Part shown: positions 17,469 to 30,800 of the stretch, piece after piece | Layout: each line of letters begins with the position of its first letter | How positions within the stretch are numbered: the stretch's first letter is position 1 | Assembly (NCBI GenBank): GCA_040954595.2 | Contig: CM082581.2 | Span: 6,626,699-6,690,698 of the forward strand | DNA length: 64,000 nucleotides | Source: Balanoglossus misakiensis | Lineage: Eukaryota > Animalia > Hemichordata | Reading direction: 5' to 3' | The notes under the pieces: model-generated | Database searches by the model: none | Seen by the model: the letters and a program-made list of their open reading frames with translations, nothing else | What the model was told of the DNA's origin: nothing | Program-made: the position numbers and the translations under genes

Positions 17469-17959
17469 AACTACTTTGAAGATGTCCTCAATGGAGATCA
17501 CTGAACAAAACAAAGATGTTGCAACAAAGCCTGATCCGGGCCAGTCTTGTGTAAGTTTTTTTTCTTCTTCTCTCTCCCTTTTATACCGTGTGAAGAACCA
17601 TCGTGCCTTTCATGCTGGTTGCCTGGTCAACTTTCTTGTCGACGGTACAAAGATTCCCTCTTTTAACGCTTTGTTCACTTCACTTGGCAACAATGCACAT
17701 CGGTACAACACAAGGAGAAGGATTAACCGCTGCCTTTCAGCAACTTTTATTGGCGTGTTTTCTAAACGTATTCTCTCGACGTGGCAACTGGCAACCGCAC
17801 TGATAAAAAGAAGAAAATTGGGATTTGTCTGTTGTCGTTCTCATACATTTGGAGAAGTCTCGGCCCTGTGCACGGTTCATAGCATATACTCTCACATATA
17901 TGCCGACAATAGAAAAAAATAAAAATTTGTTCTAATTGCTAAAGTTACTAGCGCAGATT

Positions 17960-20900
17960 TCAAAGCACCAGCCTGGTGGTCTGTGCCCTGTACGAATATT
18001 TCCACGGGTTGTGTTTGAGGAAGGGCTCCTGCGAGGAAGCCAGAGTCTGTGTCGGCGTCTTGTGCGGCACTTCCGGCGCCCGGAACCACTCGGTGGTGGC
18101 GGTGTCTGTTTGGGCGTGGCCCGGCTTCCCTTCCGGGTGAATTTTGGGAAACCTGCGCCGCGTCGGAGGGTGCCTGCAGTGCCTCTGCTCGTAGGAGTTC
18201 CTGTAAATGGTGTTTCCGTAAAAGTCCCTCTTCTCCCAGGATACAAGGTCTTTGGAGAAGTGTTGTCGTTCGGCTGGAGGCAGGAGTCTCTTCCCAAGGC
18301 CCTGTGTGAGAATTAAAATCACATCATACACTTGTACACATAACTGAGTGAATTATTCATTTATATCAAGGGTTAAGATCAAAAATATATACATATATAT
18401 CCTTGGTTTTCCTGATGTCCTCAAATATTTCATATGTCAAATGTATTTCCTTGTCAGTATTTCCAGTTGCTATGGATTCTAAGAAACTGATTGAAGCACA
18501 AGGCAAACACACCTGTGTTTTACTAGGTAAAAGTACACAGGACATATTTATTGGTTGAAATGATTGTTTAAACTAGTAAGCAGCAAACAGCGCAGCGACA
18601 GATTTCATTAAATCAGAGTATCGAAGCATTCTGAATAAAATTTTGTATTACTATGACACCATACCATTAGTTCAACTTTCACTTAAAACAATTTTTTTAG
18701 TTTTGAGAAGAGTCACCGGAAAATCTTATGTCACTCTAGGCGGCATTTTTTTATCACATGTACTTGATCGTTATTGGCAGTCATTCTAGGGATACCAGTG
18801 CAACCAAGCTTAGCATTAAATTGTGTACAAATGGCTGTATAAAATGGCCAACAAAAGCTCTCCGCCCATCCGTATAATAGAAATAGCCACAAACGGTGTT
18901 GACAGAGGTGTTAGAGATGCATGTCCGTGCCAACATTAAAGTGGCATGGTTTCTGAATACCTCTGCTGACCCTCACGGTTGTGAATTCACAATTGCTGAT
19001 GTGGAGGGGGTCTGGACCGTAACCTAAACCTTAGATACACTGCTATTGTGAAATTTCTCTGCATTACGACATTTCGAGTTTGTTCAGCTGTAATTGCAAA
19101 TACTGAAGTAACCCATGTTGATTTCTGACTTAAAAGTCGCCGATATTGCTTGTCATCAAAGGTGCTAATGGCTTTGTATAACATGTTGATTTATTCTCAA
19201 AGTGTCAGGCGTTTAGTTACTACATGCAACTGAGTGACTATTGTTATTTTCAATGCCTGCCTTATTGGTTTTTTCAACAGAGTATGTCGGGAGTAATTTA
19301 TTTAGTCTATAGCCGAAGTGTCTTTTAGTCGTCTGATTAAAGTGTCTGTGTTTGGATACAACAATCAACAACAATTATTTGGCCTTGAAAGCTTTTTTTT
19401 TTATATTGATCACTCGCATGTTTTAATTTAAATTTGAAAAAAGTGAGAACTTACATGTCCAAAGTAGACTCCATGGTCCTGGAATGAGTGTCGGTTGTCA
19501 TGGAGGGAAAATGGGTTTTCTTGATCATATGTAATCTGAAAAAAAATAAACGAGAAGAAAAAAACTGGTAAAAAGACGCTTAAATACTAGTTAAGATGGA
19601 CACAAAGGGAAAAACAAATCATGGTTACAAGGAATGCAATGGACTGTTATGTAATTACTTGGCGTCGTCAAGTTGTCATGGTAACATGAAATCTTTCTGG
19701 GCAAACAGCGTTTTATTCTCTCCTTGAAGTAAATGCATTTGCAGTCACCAAAAAGTGTTTATAATTTTCAAGAAGAAGACCTAATACGAAGGAGATCATC
19801 AACTTTTGAAGAAAGCAATCAATCAGAGAAAACCAGTCAACCATTCAATGCTGGTTTATCCGATTGCATCACCAACAGGTGGCAGCAAATTAACTTCCAA
19901 ACGCCAGTTACAAAGGGCGGTTGTCACTGCAGAAAAACGCCAGTGACATCACTACACTGTGCTGAGTAAACACTGACTGGTGTGTGTATGTGTCACTGTA
20001 GCCAAGATAGTTGACGCGATCAAGTCTGGGCAGTATATTAAACGAATGGGTTGTGTGTGTGTACAGGCCGCTTAGATACCTGGTGCAAACCCAACAAGTA
20101 CTGTTCAATTCTTTTTACAGTTCATTGTTCACGCTGTCTCTTTAAAATCCCTGGCTGGACAATAGCGTGCCCAAAAGCCACACTCACTCAGAGGGAGTTG
20201 AACAATACTGAAATCCTCACAAAGGTCACCAAAAAAAGACTGCATTGCAGTTTCCCGTCACTGTGCGTCCCCAGACACAAAACACCCCACCAGTTTGTCT
20301 GGCCCCAACTTCGAAAAGTCAATGCCAAAGTTAGAATTGTAAGGTAATCTTTCTTTCAATTTGACAACAGCAGGTTGCTGCTTGCTTGCATGTCCAGACT
20401 TTCAGTGTCTTTTTCCCCTGCATTCACTTTGGAGGTCAAATTTCAATTGTTGTGTTTGTGCAACAGGTGGTTATACCAGATTCTTAAACAGGTAATTAAA
20501 TTATCTTGACTAGTTTGCTACATACTTTTTTGAAGCTATTTATTGAAGTTATCTATATCATTTTATGTAGATATTATAAAGATTTCAAAGTCATTTGACG
20601 AGGGACGTAGAGAATTTCACACAATACAATGTATCTATACCGAAACTCTATACTCCAATACAAACACTATCCATGGTAACAATGCTGAGGGGAGCTATGG
20701 TTTTGATTTTAGTTCAAGAGGCAAGGGAAACACATACTAAGGCCATGAATGGCAGCAATACAATTTGTTCACATGAACATCTCTCAAAATATCTAAAATC
20801 TTCCTGTGCCTACATATAGAATTCAATGATTTTTTTCTCACCTGGGACCAGTCTTCAAATGGTACGGGTGGAGGTGCTGGTCTTGTTACTGGAATATCTG

Positions 20901-21697
20901 ATCTAAAGCTTGCAGACAGCATCTCTCCTGTACTGGTTGATGTATCCCTGAGTATTGGTGCTGACTGGTAGCCTCGTGTGGCAAACTATAACAAAAGACA
21001 TGCACAACATTGGTTAATAAAGAATATCATAATACTAGCACGTTGTTTCGCTTAAGATGTGAAAAATAATCATTCTGTACTAATTTTGACATTTATAAAA
21101 ATATAAAAACTGAAAGAAAAAGTAAACCAGTTTGTTTTTAAAAAAATGCTGTATTTTGTTGATTAACCATATCACCATGTCAATGAATGTGTATGAATAA
21201 TTTCTCTGTGGGAATTTTGTATTTTTTGGACAGAATTTTGCCATGATAAAGTCTACATGTATGATTACACTAAACCATATTGGGAATATGAAATTGATTC
21301 TTGTCCGGAAGCTCGCGAAATGCAGCGAAATGCCAAACCACTTACACACTAATTATTCTATGAGATATGAAGTGTGCAGTAGTAATTGATCGTTTTATGA
21401 ACATTCTCGTAATATTTTATCACCGATTTGGATTACAATGTAAATGTCTATATTTTACGCGAAAATTAGTACGTAAATAATAAACGTGATTACGGTAATA
21501 GTTATCAACATCACAGATTGTTGCCAGGGCGTGAAATGATACGGTAGCTCGTTTATAGCACACATCAAAAGATAACGGATCGATAATTTAGTAATTAGCA
21601 TAACTAATATGTACATTGCATGTACTTGTGACAACTATGAACTTACCCAGACTCCATCATTTTCTGTGGTGGGCGCAAACTGCCTTCCTTTCGGCAT
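17960..21697 (-). CDS. TEX36: Testis-expressed protein 36 (HDNR-motif protein)
   Basis: Exons 21647-21697 (MPKGRQFAPTTENDGVW), 20842-20985, 19455-19535 (NPFSLHDNRHSFQDHGVYFGH) and 17960-18301 (GLGKRLLPPAERQHFSKDL..RRRFP), all phase 0. Matches the TEX36 motifs KGR.F.P...DG.WF, FS.HDNRHS, GLG and RRFP. Confidence 0.88.
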
Positions 21698-23135
21698 GGC
21701 GATTAATGTTGAAAGTTATTTTTCCCCTTTATCGGAACTTTGGTCTCTGGGTTGTGAAGGAAGCAACGGCGAAAAGGCAGCGGGTGTATGTAATGTACCA
21801 CACTCGGAAATTGTATGAGAACACCTGTCACTGGTAGCCTAGCAATCGCCCGCAGTGGCTTTCCCCCTTGGACAAACTCGACATCTGGCCGTAAAGCGCC
21901 TAGCAGCGAAGAATTTATCCCCTTGGATTTGGTAGTTCCTCCGTGTGCCTGCAGTATGCACGTATGGGGAATTACCACTCCACCTTGTTTGCGTTGCAAC
22001 GCAAGATCCGTAACAGTGGAACAGGTTGTTCTTTACACAAACTTGGCAAACCACATGGACCACTGCACAGACTTGCCGGCAACCGAATACTGCGCACTGG
22101 CAAAAAGTAGCGCATTCTTATTTTGCATAAAATTTATATTTTTTTACTATAATTTTCACAGTATCTTTAATACACTTAATTGATTATATTTGTGGAACCT
22201 TACAATGTAAAGAGACGGATTAGGCTAAATTAATGTTAATTGAAAACAGCGACGCGTATTGTTTTATATATGATCGAATCAGTAAGGTGGTCTTCATTGT
22301 TGATAGTTGGTCTCCCAGGTAACTGGTACGAGCGCCGCCACCGCCCACCTGCACTGGCCCGACGTGACGCCGGACTGGGCCCTCAGAAACCGTGACTACT
22401 AGTATTATGCAGCAAGAGATCTAAAAAGCGCATAATTTTCCTGTTTATTTCGTTTCTAATTCAGTGAAACGTACTTCAGCCGATGGATGTAATCAATGTA
22501 ATTTTTGACAGACAGAAGTCAAATGACACTATTGTAATTATTAAACACAGTTCACAAGGAACTCAAAGTTAGTTGTTGTGGTAATTTATTATATTAAACT
22601 ATAGTATAGACCATATTCTAGTGGCTGCGGTAATAAACAAAGCAACTCTTCATTTAGAGAAAGAGGGCGTTCTCTGGTTTGTGGGCCCAGGGACTGCCCG
22701 TTGAATTTTTCCTTGCATTCAAAATACAATACAAAACTCAATACGTACAGATCTTGAAGAACACTTTTATTACATTTTACGGTAGTTTACAGGTGCACAC
22801 ATGCTGTAGACTGAACTTTCCTGATACTCTGTCCATATTGCAAGATTGTTGTGTTTCAATGAATGGCAGCATGTTTTTGGGGGAGAAGAAAACTGGTAAA
22901 ACGAAAACTTTACCCAAAATTAATCAAATGGTACATACACTGTTGTTTGCACTGGCATGTCAGATGACTGTGAAAGTCAACAAGGGTCTGCATAAACATT
23001 CTGTTCTGTTTGCAATATCTGTCATCAAGCAAGACAGTTCTGATAAACGGATGAACTGATATGTCCGTAAGTCTGGATTGCCATAAAATGTACGAACAAA
23101 CTTCAGAATTTACAGTCAAACTGTTCACGTTCATA

Positions 23136-25783
23136 TCATTTGACTTTGAGCTTTGCCTTCGACGTAGACGGTTCCGTTTCCTGTTCGTATTCAATTTCCA
23201 CATGGGCTCTTTTCCTTCTCTGTGGTTTCACCACTTCCACCTCCTCCTCTTCTTCTGATGAACTTTCTTCCTCCTCGTCAAAATCCTGTCAAAGGTATAG
23301 TCTCCATGGTAACATGATTTTCATAAAATGTGTCCAGCAAAATACTGGGCAACTTTTTGTACAGCTATAGTTAGTCTTGTTTAGTTCTGATGGTTGAACT
23401 TGAAGTTCTAAAAATTCAACTTCATGTTTTTTATCCAAACTTCTCAGTATAAGAAATAACGGAATAAACATGTCGATTTTCAATTAACTTGAGCTCTACT
23501 TCTGAGTAAAACTTTTCACTTGTTCTTATTACCATAACTGATAAAACTCACCTCCATATCACTGAGATCACTTTCCTCAAAATCTTCATCCGCGACATAC
23601 TCTATCTCTCCAACGTCCTTTGGAAATAAAACAAACAAATAAGTTATTCATCAATTTCATGATTTATTTACTGTATATTTGTAATTCCATTAATGCATCA
23701 GAATTTGCAAACAAAAACGAATCTTTGAATGGTGACAGAAAAATGAACAGGAGCAACGTCTCACCTCATCTTCAACTTCTTCCTCTATCTCTCCATCACT
23801 AATTTCGTCCCCTTCCTCCTCTCCATCTTCCAGTTCCTTCTCCTCTTCCGCCTCGCTCTCACTTTCCATCTCTTGCTGGTCCATGGCATTGTCAAATGCG
23901 TGCATCGGGAAGTTGTAGATGTCGCCATACTGATGGGAAAAGTCGTCAATGAGACATGGTGGAACTAACAAGTCAATCAGCTGATTTCACAGAGGTTTAC
24001 ATCACTTACAACACAGCAGAATGGGTAAAAAATACAAGGATTTGAACACTGTTTCAAATTTCCAGACTTTCCTGTCCCTTTGGGTGATATAGAACCACAA
24101 AGAGAACCTCTATAAACATGACACCTATGCAAACCAAACAATTTCTTCAGTCCCTTTGGTGTTCAGTTTAATAGACAGGTTCTACCGCACATGTGTATGT
24201 GATGAGTATGGGATGTGAGTGTCATACTTACAGTGCCTTTCTTGAGTCTCTCTAATAATTCTTTTTCAATGGCATTGTCCAACTGTGCTGCCACCAGAGC
24301 TTTTTCTTCTCTTCTTTTCTCTCGCCTTTCCACCTTTCTACTCAAAGGTACAAGTTTCTTCCTGAAACACAATGAAACCAGTTTGCTCATCTTTTCCTTG
24401 GTGAAAATGCACGCATGACTTAAACATCGAGTGGAGATTTTCTACTCCAACTTATTGTCAGATAAAGACAGACAAAATCAAGTTTTATTGCCACTGATAC
24501 TGAGAATACTGGTATACTTACTGTCTTTTGAGGACCAGTTTTCGCATTCGAATAAGATACTGTGTTATCTTAGTGAACCTCTGTTTACACTTGTGTATGA
24601 GAAACCTCGGCCAATAGATCAGGTTTGTGTCGATCTGTTTCAAGGCTTTCTCGTAGTTCCTTGACAGTTTCACTTTTTCCCACAGCCTGGATGGAAAGGC
24701 GGCTCTTTCTATGGTTTTCATGTATAAATAACACACACCTGAAAAAAATGGAAAGTAAAAAAGAGAATTTGAAAAATACAGAGATTATGAATCATATGAC
24801 ATGGTCTGACAAAGCAAAATGCCAACTTTCAAACTGTCGGTCATTTGCAAACTGCACATAAATGCAGGACTTCCTGAAGTTCAGTAGAAAAAGAAACTGT
24901 ATACCAGACATACAGCATTTGTGTAGCCCATCCTTGAAATACACTTCTTAGTGAATCTAAACTACTGTCTATGATCTAAAGTAGCAAAAACATTGTTCTC
25001 ACCTTTTTCTTCTCTGATTGTGGCATACTGACTGTTGGCAAGGGGGCATGATGACCTGTTACACTGACCAGTGATGTTGAATTCATTTCGACAAAAATCT
25101 TTCAACTTTGTTTTCACTTTGTACGAACAAAAGCTGCCCTTGATTCCATTGATGACACTCCATATTACCTGAAAACACAGCATGTTGAACAAATATCATC
25201 ACTGCGTGAAGCGATGAAATAGAATCCAGCGTAATGGTGATACTGTTCTGTAACAACAGGCCCTCTCTATCATTTAATATTATAAAAGGACACTGTGAGA
25301 GGGACTGTGACAGCAGGGATTACATGTTATCTGCAGAGACAGCACCAACCCACTATACTTTCAATCTAAACTATGTGGGTGTGTATGAAATGCGGTGTGG
25401 AAAATGTACCAATACCACAAGCTCTGGAATCCGCTGACTGTAGCCTGATATAACATGTATAACTGTAGGCTACAGTGAGTGGATTCCACAGTCTGTGACC
25501 AATACCATTGGTAATTCAACAGCATGATTTATTGGCAATGGCATTGCAACTAAATGTCATCTACCACAAAGGATTCATATTTCACGTAATGGCAAAAGAG
25601 TCTGCCAGATGCTATTGCCCATCCTTCCATCCTATCTCCTCCTACCATCAGCTTTTAAGTGCCCTCACATCCCGGAAGTCTTTGCCAGCCAACGAAACCC
25701 ACGATCGAGGCCTGTTGGCGGCTTCATCATATATGTTACATGTAAAACAGAACCCGTAGAGCACTTACGTCGTCGTGTTGCAT
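23136..25783 (-). CDS. MAK16: Protein MAK16 homolog (60S biogenesis)
   Basis: MQHDD micro-exon 25769-25783, then [109 protein letters not shown] and an acidic tail ..[14 protein letters not shown]. Confidence 0.97.
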
Positions 25784-26475
25784 TTTGTCCTGTATAACGA
25801 TTCACCAGGCCGATAAGTTTGACTTGCGTTTGCTGTCGAATTAAAGATCACACGAGGGCCATGTGTTGCGAAAAATAACCTGTACCAGTCAGCGCCTGCG
25901 CAGTCACACAGTGCCCCCAACGGACATCACTGTTGATCGCTTGTTTAAAAGTACATACGTGTACACGTACACGGTCACGTATTTGGGACAAATGCTGTCG
26001 CTTTTTTTCGCGTGTGCCACCAACTGAAAATGTGTGATTGGCTAGATCTCAGTTTGCCATGGTAATTGCAGCTAAATTTCCATAGATGACTGTTTACCTT
26101 TGATGACCATGAACCAACATAAATAAATTATATCAAAGGAAGGCAACTTCGATGCTTGAAAACTGCCCAGAGGGAATAACTCAAAATCAAAAGTCTGCAT
26201 ATAATTTTTCATATTAGTTTATTATTGATCAAAACATGGAACATCCACTCAGTGTATTTACACTGTTATTAAAAAACGCAAACAAAAAGGACCACGCAAC
26301 CAAACATCCCTTCCACTAAGATACAATTTTTTTTTTCAAATTCAAGTTGATGAAATCTGCACACGCCATTCTTGCAATCCAAGAGACAGCAGCCTGTAGA
26401 GATCTTCGTAGCACTGCAAATGGTGACCCCAAAAAACTACACATACAACGCTCTGGTAATTCTGGAAGGATGGTC

Positions 26476-26896
26476 TTATTTGGACTGTGCTGCTTTTTCT
26501 GCTATTGATGCTTTTTTGTTCATCCTACTCTTGACAAGCAAGTAGATCAGGAATGAGCCAGCAAACGTTGCTATAACACACTGGAAAAAAAAGGAAAGAA
26601 AAACACTTTAGTTAGAAATGTTACTTTTTGGGAAACTGATGAGTTAATGCGGATAACTTAGCATACACAATCAATCACTACTCAATAACACATGATACAC
26701 AGATTTTTTATCAATATATTTTCAGAAAACATGACCACAATATGTCCCAATGCCATTCAGGCATAAATGACTGAAATCAACATCACCCAACCAAGGTACG
26801 TACATTTCGTTTTCCAATTGTTGTGTCTGCATTAAAATATTTCTTCATTCCAGTGTAGTGAGCAAATGCAGCTTCTTCAACTCCTCCTCCTGCCAT
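26476..26896 (-). CDS. ATP5MK: ATP synthase membrane subunit k / DAPIT / USMG5 (65 aa; absent from the ORF track)
   Basis: Exons 26804-26896 (MAGGGVEEAAFAHYTGMKKYFNADTTIGKRN) and 26476-26580 (CVIATFAGSFLIYLLVKSRMNKKASIAEKAAQSK*) match the DAPIT motif TG.KKYFN..T..GR.NCV.AT. A non-coding first exon has its donor near 27288. Confidence 0.9.
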
Positions 26897-27823
26897 TGTT
26901 ACTATAGAAACAAAGAGAGAAAGCAAGGTTTGGGTCACATTGGGGATTTAACTGTTGTAAGCTGTACTGTAGTCTATCGACAATCATGCAATGGCTGGGA
27001 ATGCAGACTTTTCAGTTTTAGTTCCCGTCCTGGCACGATCTCATTATGATTACAACATACTACATTTCTTAGACGCGATTATTTTACCAAGTTCACTATT
27101 TTACTAAGTCCAGGGGCCCGGTCACCGACCCCATTCGACCGGCTCAACAGCAGAAACTGACAATCGATTGATACTCTACAATCTTCACATTGCGACCCCA
27201 CTAATTTTCGTTATTAGTGTAACTTAAATTCTGATTTCGTGTCTTGTTCGGGTAGGTATACTCTATTAGCGAATAATCGAGACTTACCGGTTTAGATTTA
27301 TGCGGCTAGACTGCACGTTCGTTCAAGATGGCGAAAGCAAAGCCTCGTTGGTGCCCTTTGACCTCTCGCGAGAGGTGAGAGAAGTAACATGGCGACGTCC
27401 CTGTGAACACATGTGCGATTCGTAGCCTTTTAAAAATTGAAACGCGGGGAGTAACAGGGTAAGAGTGTACGATTATTATATCATGCGTTCTTAAAGTGAA
27501 GCGGTCGTCGCTAGTTCAGTTTTAACATTTCACAAGGCATGTGCGTAAAGTTAAACAACTGTTGTGCTACATGAAGTAAAAGTGCGCAGGAATCAATGAC
27601 TGGAGCAGCTGGGCTGCTTGATTCCACCTGTAAATAAGGTTGAATCAAGCTGCTATCTATCGCAGTCAGTGTTTCCGGCGCCTGTGAATACAATCATACA
27701 GTCCAGGGCTCGAAATTAGCAGTAATCACATGCCAACTACTACCTATTGATTGCTCCATAGACCTTACTGGCTTTATAGTGACTTATCTTTTCACGTTTA
27801 GACAGTGTTCATAAACTACAGAC

Positions 27824-30800
27824 ATGGATGATGAAGATTTTCCTCGTGGAGAAGCGACAAAAAAGTCAGACTCATCATTGAAGCCTAAATCGGATGTGAA
27901 ACCAAAGAGAAAACACGACAAAGATGTTCTGTTCAAGGTAAAAGATGATACTGACTGTACACATCTCTCACTCTATTCATTGCAATGCAGAGATGGGGAG
28001 GAGAAGTAAGAAATTACATGTTGACTTGAACAGTCCAGAAATCTTGGTATAAACGAGAACCGAAACGTTAAAGAATCCATAAGTGTTACTATGATGAGAG
28101 ATATAGTACACAAAACATGTAAAACCTGCAAAGGGTTAAAATCTCAACAAGGGTCTTGTCATTCTTAGGAGAGAGAGGTGAAGAAAGTCAAAAAGGTGAA
28201 GAAAAGAAAAAATTTGGAGGAGGATGAGGAACCGGAACCCAAGAAGAAGAAGGAAAGTGATGATGATGAAGATGGTGGTATAGCAGCCATTGGACCAATG
28301 GTCAAGCTGATCAAAACTCTCTTTTATGAGGTAAATTATGATGGATACCATTTTCGCTCTTTCAATGGTGTGGTCCAAATCCATTGTTTTCTATGGTAAA
28401 GTTGGACCCCTAATGAGGGAAACAAGGGTGAAAGGGGTAAAGTGGGTGACATCAATCTGAGTGCTTTATGTTGATAAATGGTAAAGATTAATTGCCAATT
28501 TTAAATTATTCGTTTTCTATAAGCTGATCAAATTAGCTTTGAAATAGATTTACTGACTACAACCTTTGACATGCATGATTGGAATGATGTAAACTGATGC
28601 AGAAATCATTACATCCATGTTTTTATTTTACTAATGTAGGATGTAACTGAAGGGATGTTACTACTTGGTGCAATCAAGGAAATTCATGACTATGAGTTGG
28701 TCATAAGCCTTCCACATGGCCTGATTGGATACGTTCATATCACAGATGTATCTGAGGTCTACACAAAACAGCTGCAGAAGGTATCCGAGGGTGATGGCAG
28801 TGAAATGCCAGAACAAATCAAGGTGAGATTATTACACCAGTGTGAGGTAGCATATGAGCATGCATGCCTTATAACTATTCAGTTATCATCTTCATACAGA
28901 TTATCTTTTTCAAGATTGTGTTATGATACTTATTGTTGATATTTCATCAATTACAGGAAGTGGCCGGCTTGGCAGATATTTTCTTTGAGGGCCAATACGT
29001 CAGATGTGCGGTCAAGGAGGTCACACTCGGGAAGAAACGGTTGAGAAGAGTGAAGTTGACACTAGATCCAAGAGTAATCAACGACACCTACGGACCAGCT
29101 TATATGAAATTTGGACTGGTAGGTATTTATACAATGTCACAAAACATTGAAAAGTGATTTGTTTGAAAAAAACATCTTATTATAACCAAGTTCCCATCTG
29201 TCATGTAAACACAGGTGCTGCCAGGTGTGGTCAGCAGCGTGGAGGATCATGGGTACACAGTGGATCTTGGAATCAAAGGTGTCAGGGGATTTCTGAACTT
29301 CAAGTTTGCCAAAGTGTACACGGACACAAGAAATGCTGGTAAGTTTTGGGGGCATAATCATTATCGCGAGCCTGTATGCGCTTCTGCATGTTCTATATGC
29401 GCCCCTTGCCTTACTCATGAATATTCATATCAAATATATGTGTACAGAAACGTACAGTCGCTTTGCTTGGTGGCGCGTCGTACGCGGTATGAAATTTCCA
29501 TAGAGTCTATCCCCTCACCCCTGAGCACACATGTGAGGATATTCCACTAAAGGATGATAACGTTTTACAATGCACAGGCAAACCGCTACTGGTGGGTCAG
29601 CTCGTCGAGTGCTGCGTGAAAGAAGTGACCGCCGAGGGTCACTCGGTGACACTGACCATCAACCCGGCCAAGATACAGAAAGCGGTGGCCAAAGTTGGCA
29701 GCTACCCGTACCTGCACCTGGTCATCCCCGGGACGAAGGTCGCCGCGACCGTCGCGGAGGTGAAGAGCGACTACGTCCTGGTGAACTTCCTCGCCAAGAG
29801 GGGCACGGTGAATCATCTGCACCTCCAGGACGGCGGTCAAAAGCCCAAGAAGGGCGACGAGGTGGGTGTGATGATCAGAGAATAGCACTGTGAAAGGTCA
29901 TGACCGTGGAAGGATACATTTGTACATTATGAGCCCTGCTGTGGTCTCTGAATACTTCACGAACACCTCTTGATAGATCCATGCTCTGTTTTGTGTGTTC
30001 CCTTCTCCAGCTTGAGGCGTGCGTTCTATTCGCCAATACGGCCACCAGCTCTGTGGGTCTGACGCTACAGTCCTCCATCTGCGACCGAGTACCCAAGGCA
30101 CGCCCGCCCAAAAAACTACACATCGGTAAAATATTCAAAAATGCAGTCATCAAGCAGATTGTCGGCAACCAGGGATTGATGCTGCAGATGGCAGATTCAT
30201 TAATGGCCTACGTGCAGGTACTGTAGTGGCATTAAATTCAAGATGCTATTTTCAAACTTTAAAAAAAAACTTTATCCATCATACAGCAGGCGTGTTTATA
30301 TAATTGTCCTTGTGTTATTATCCTTTCTGTAGAAATCCAATGTGTCAGATGAGAAGTTGAGAGATCCCCTGAAAGATAAGTTCACTGTCGGGTCAAAGGT
30401 GAAATGTCGTATCACAGGTTACAACTGCCTGGATGGGGTGTCCATGGCAACAATGAAGTCATCGGTGATTGAGCAGATATTCTTGGATCAAAGCGACATC
30501 AAGAATGGCATGAAGATCAAGGTAAATGGGGATGTTGTCTGGAGTAAAGCTAAAAAAATTATATTTGATAAACAGAACGAAAAAATACTGGAAGTAAAGA
30601 ATGGAGGGAGAAACTTTCAGAAAGTAAGAATATGTTGAGTTTTCTATTTTCGCACAATGACCCCTTGTACTCACTCTTTCTCTTCAGGCGGAAGTCTCTG
30701 AATTCAATAAATTTGGCATGGAAGTTCGAGTGACCAATAGCATCGTTGGATTTATACCTCTTTTGCATATCGCCGACATTCCTTTGAAGCACCCTGAGAT

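Noticed and set aside
14000-17900. Short ORFs between TM2D2 and TEX36
   Set aside because: The region is AT-rich with no consistent splice chain or motif, and is best explained as 3' UTR or intergenic DNA.
21185-21497. Possible Tc1/mariner-like MITE in TEX36 intron 1 (ends ..GATTACGGTA, several CGCGAAA words)
   Set aside because: The matching left terminal repeat could not be identified and there is no second copy in the window.
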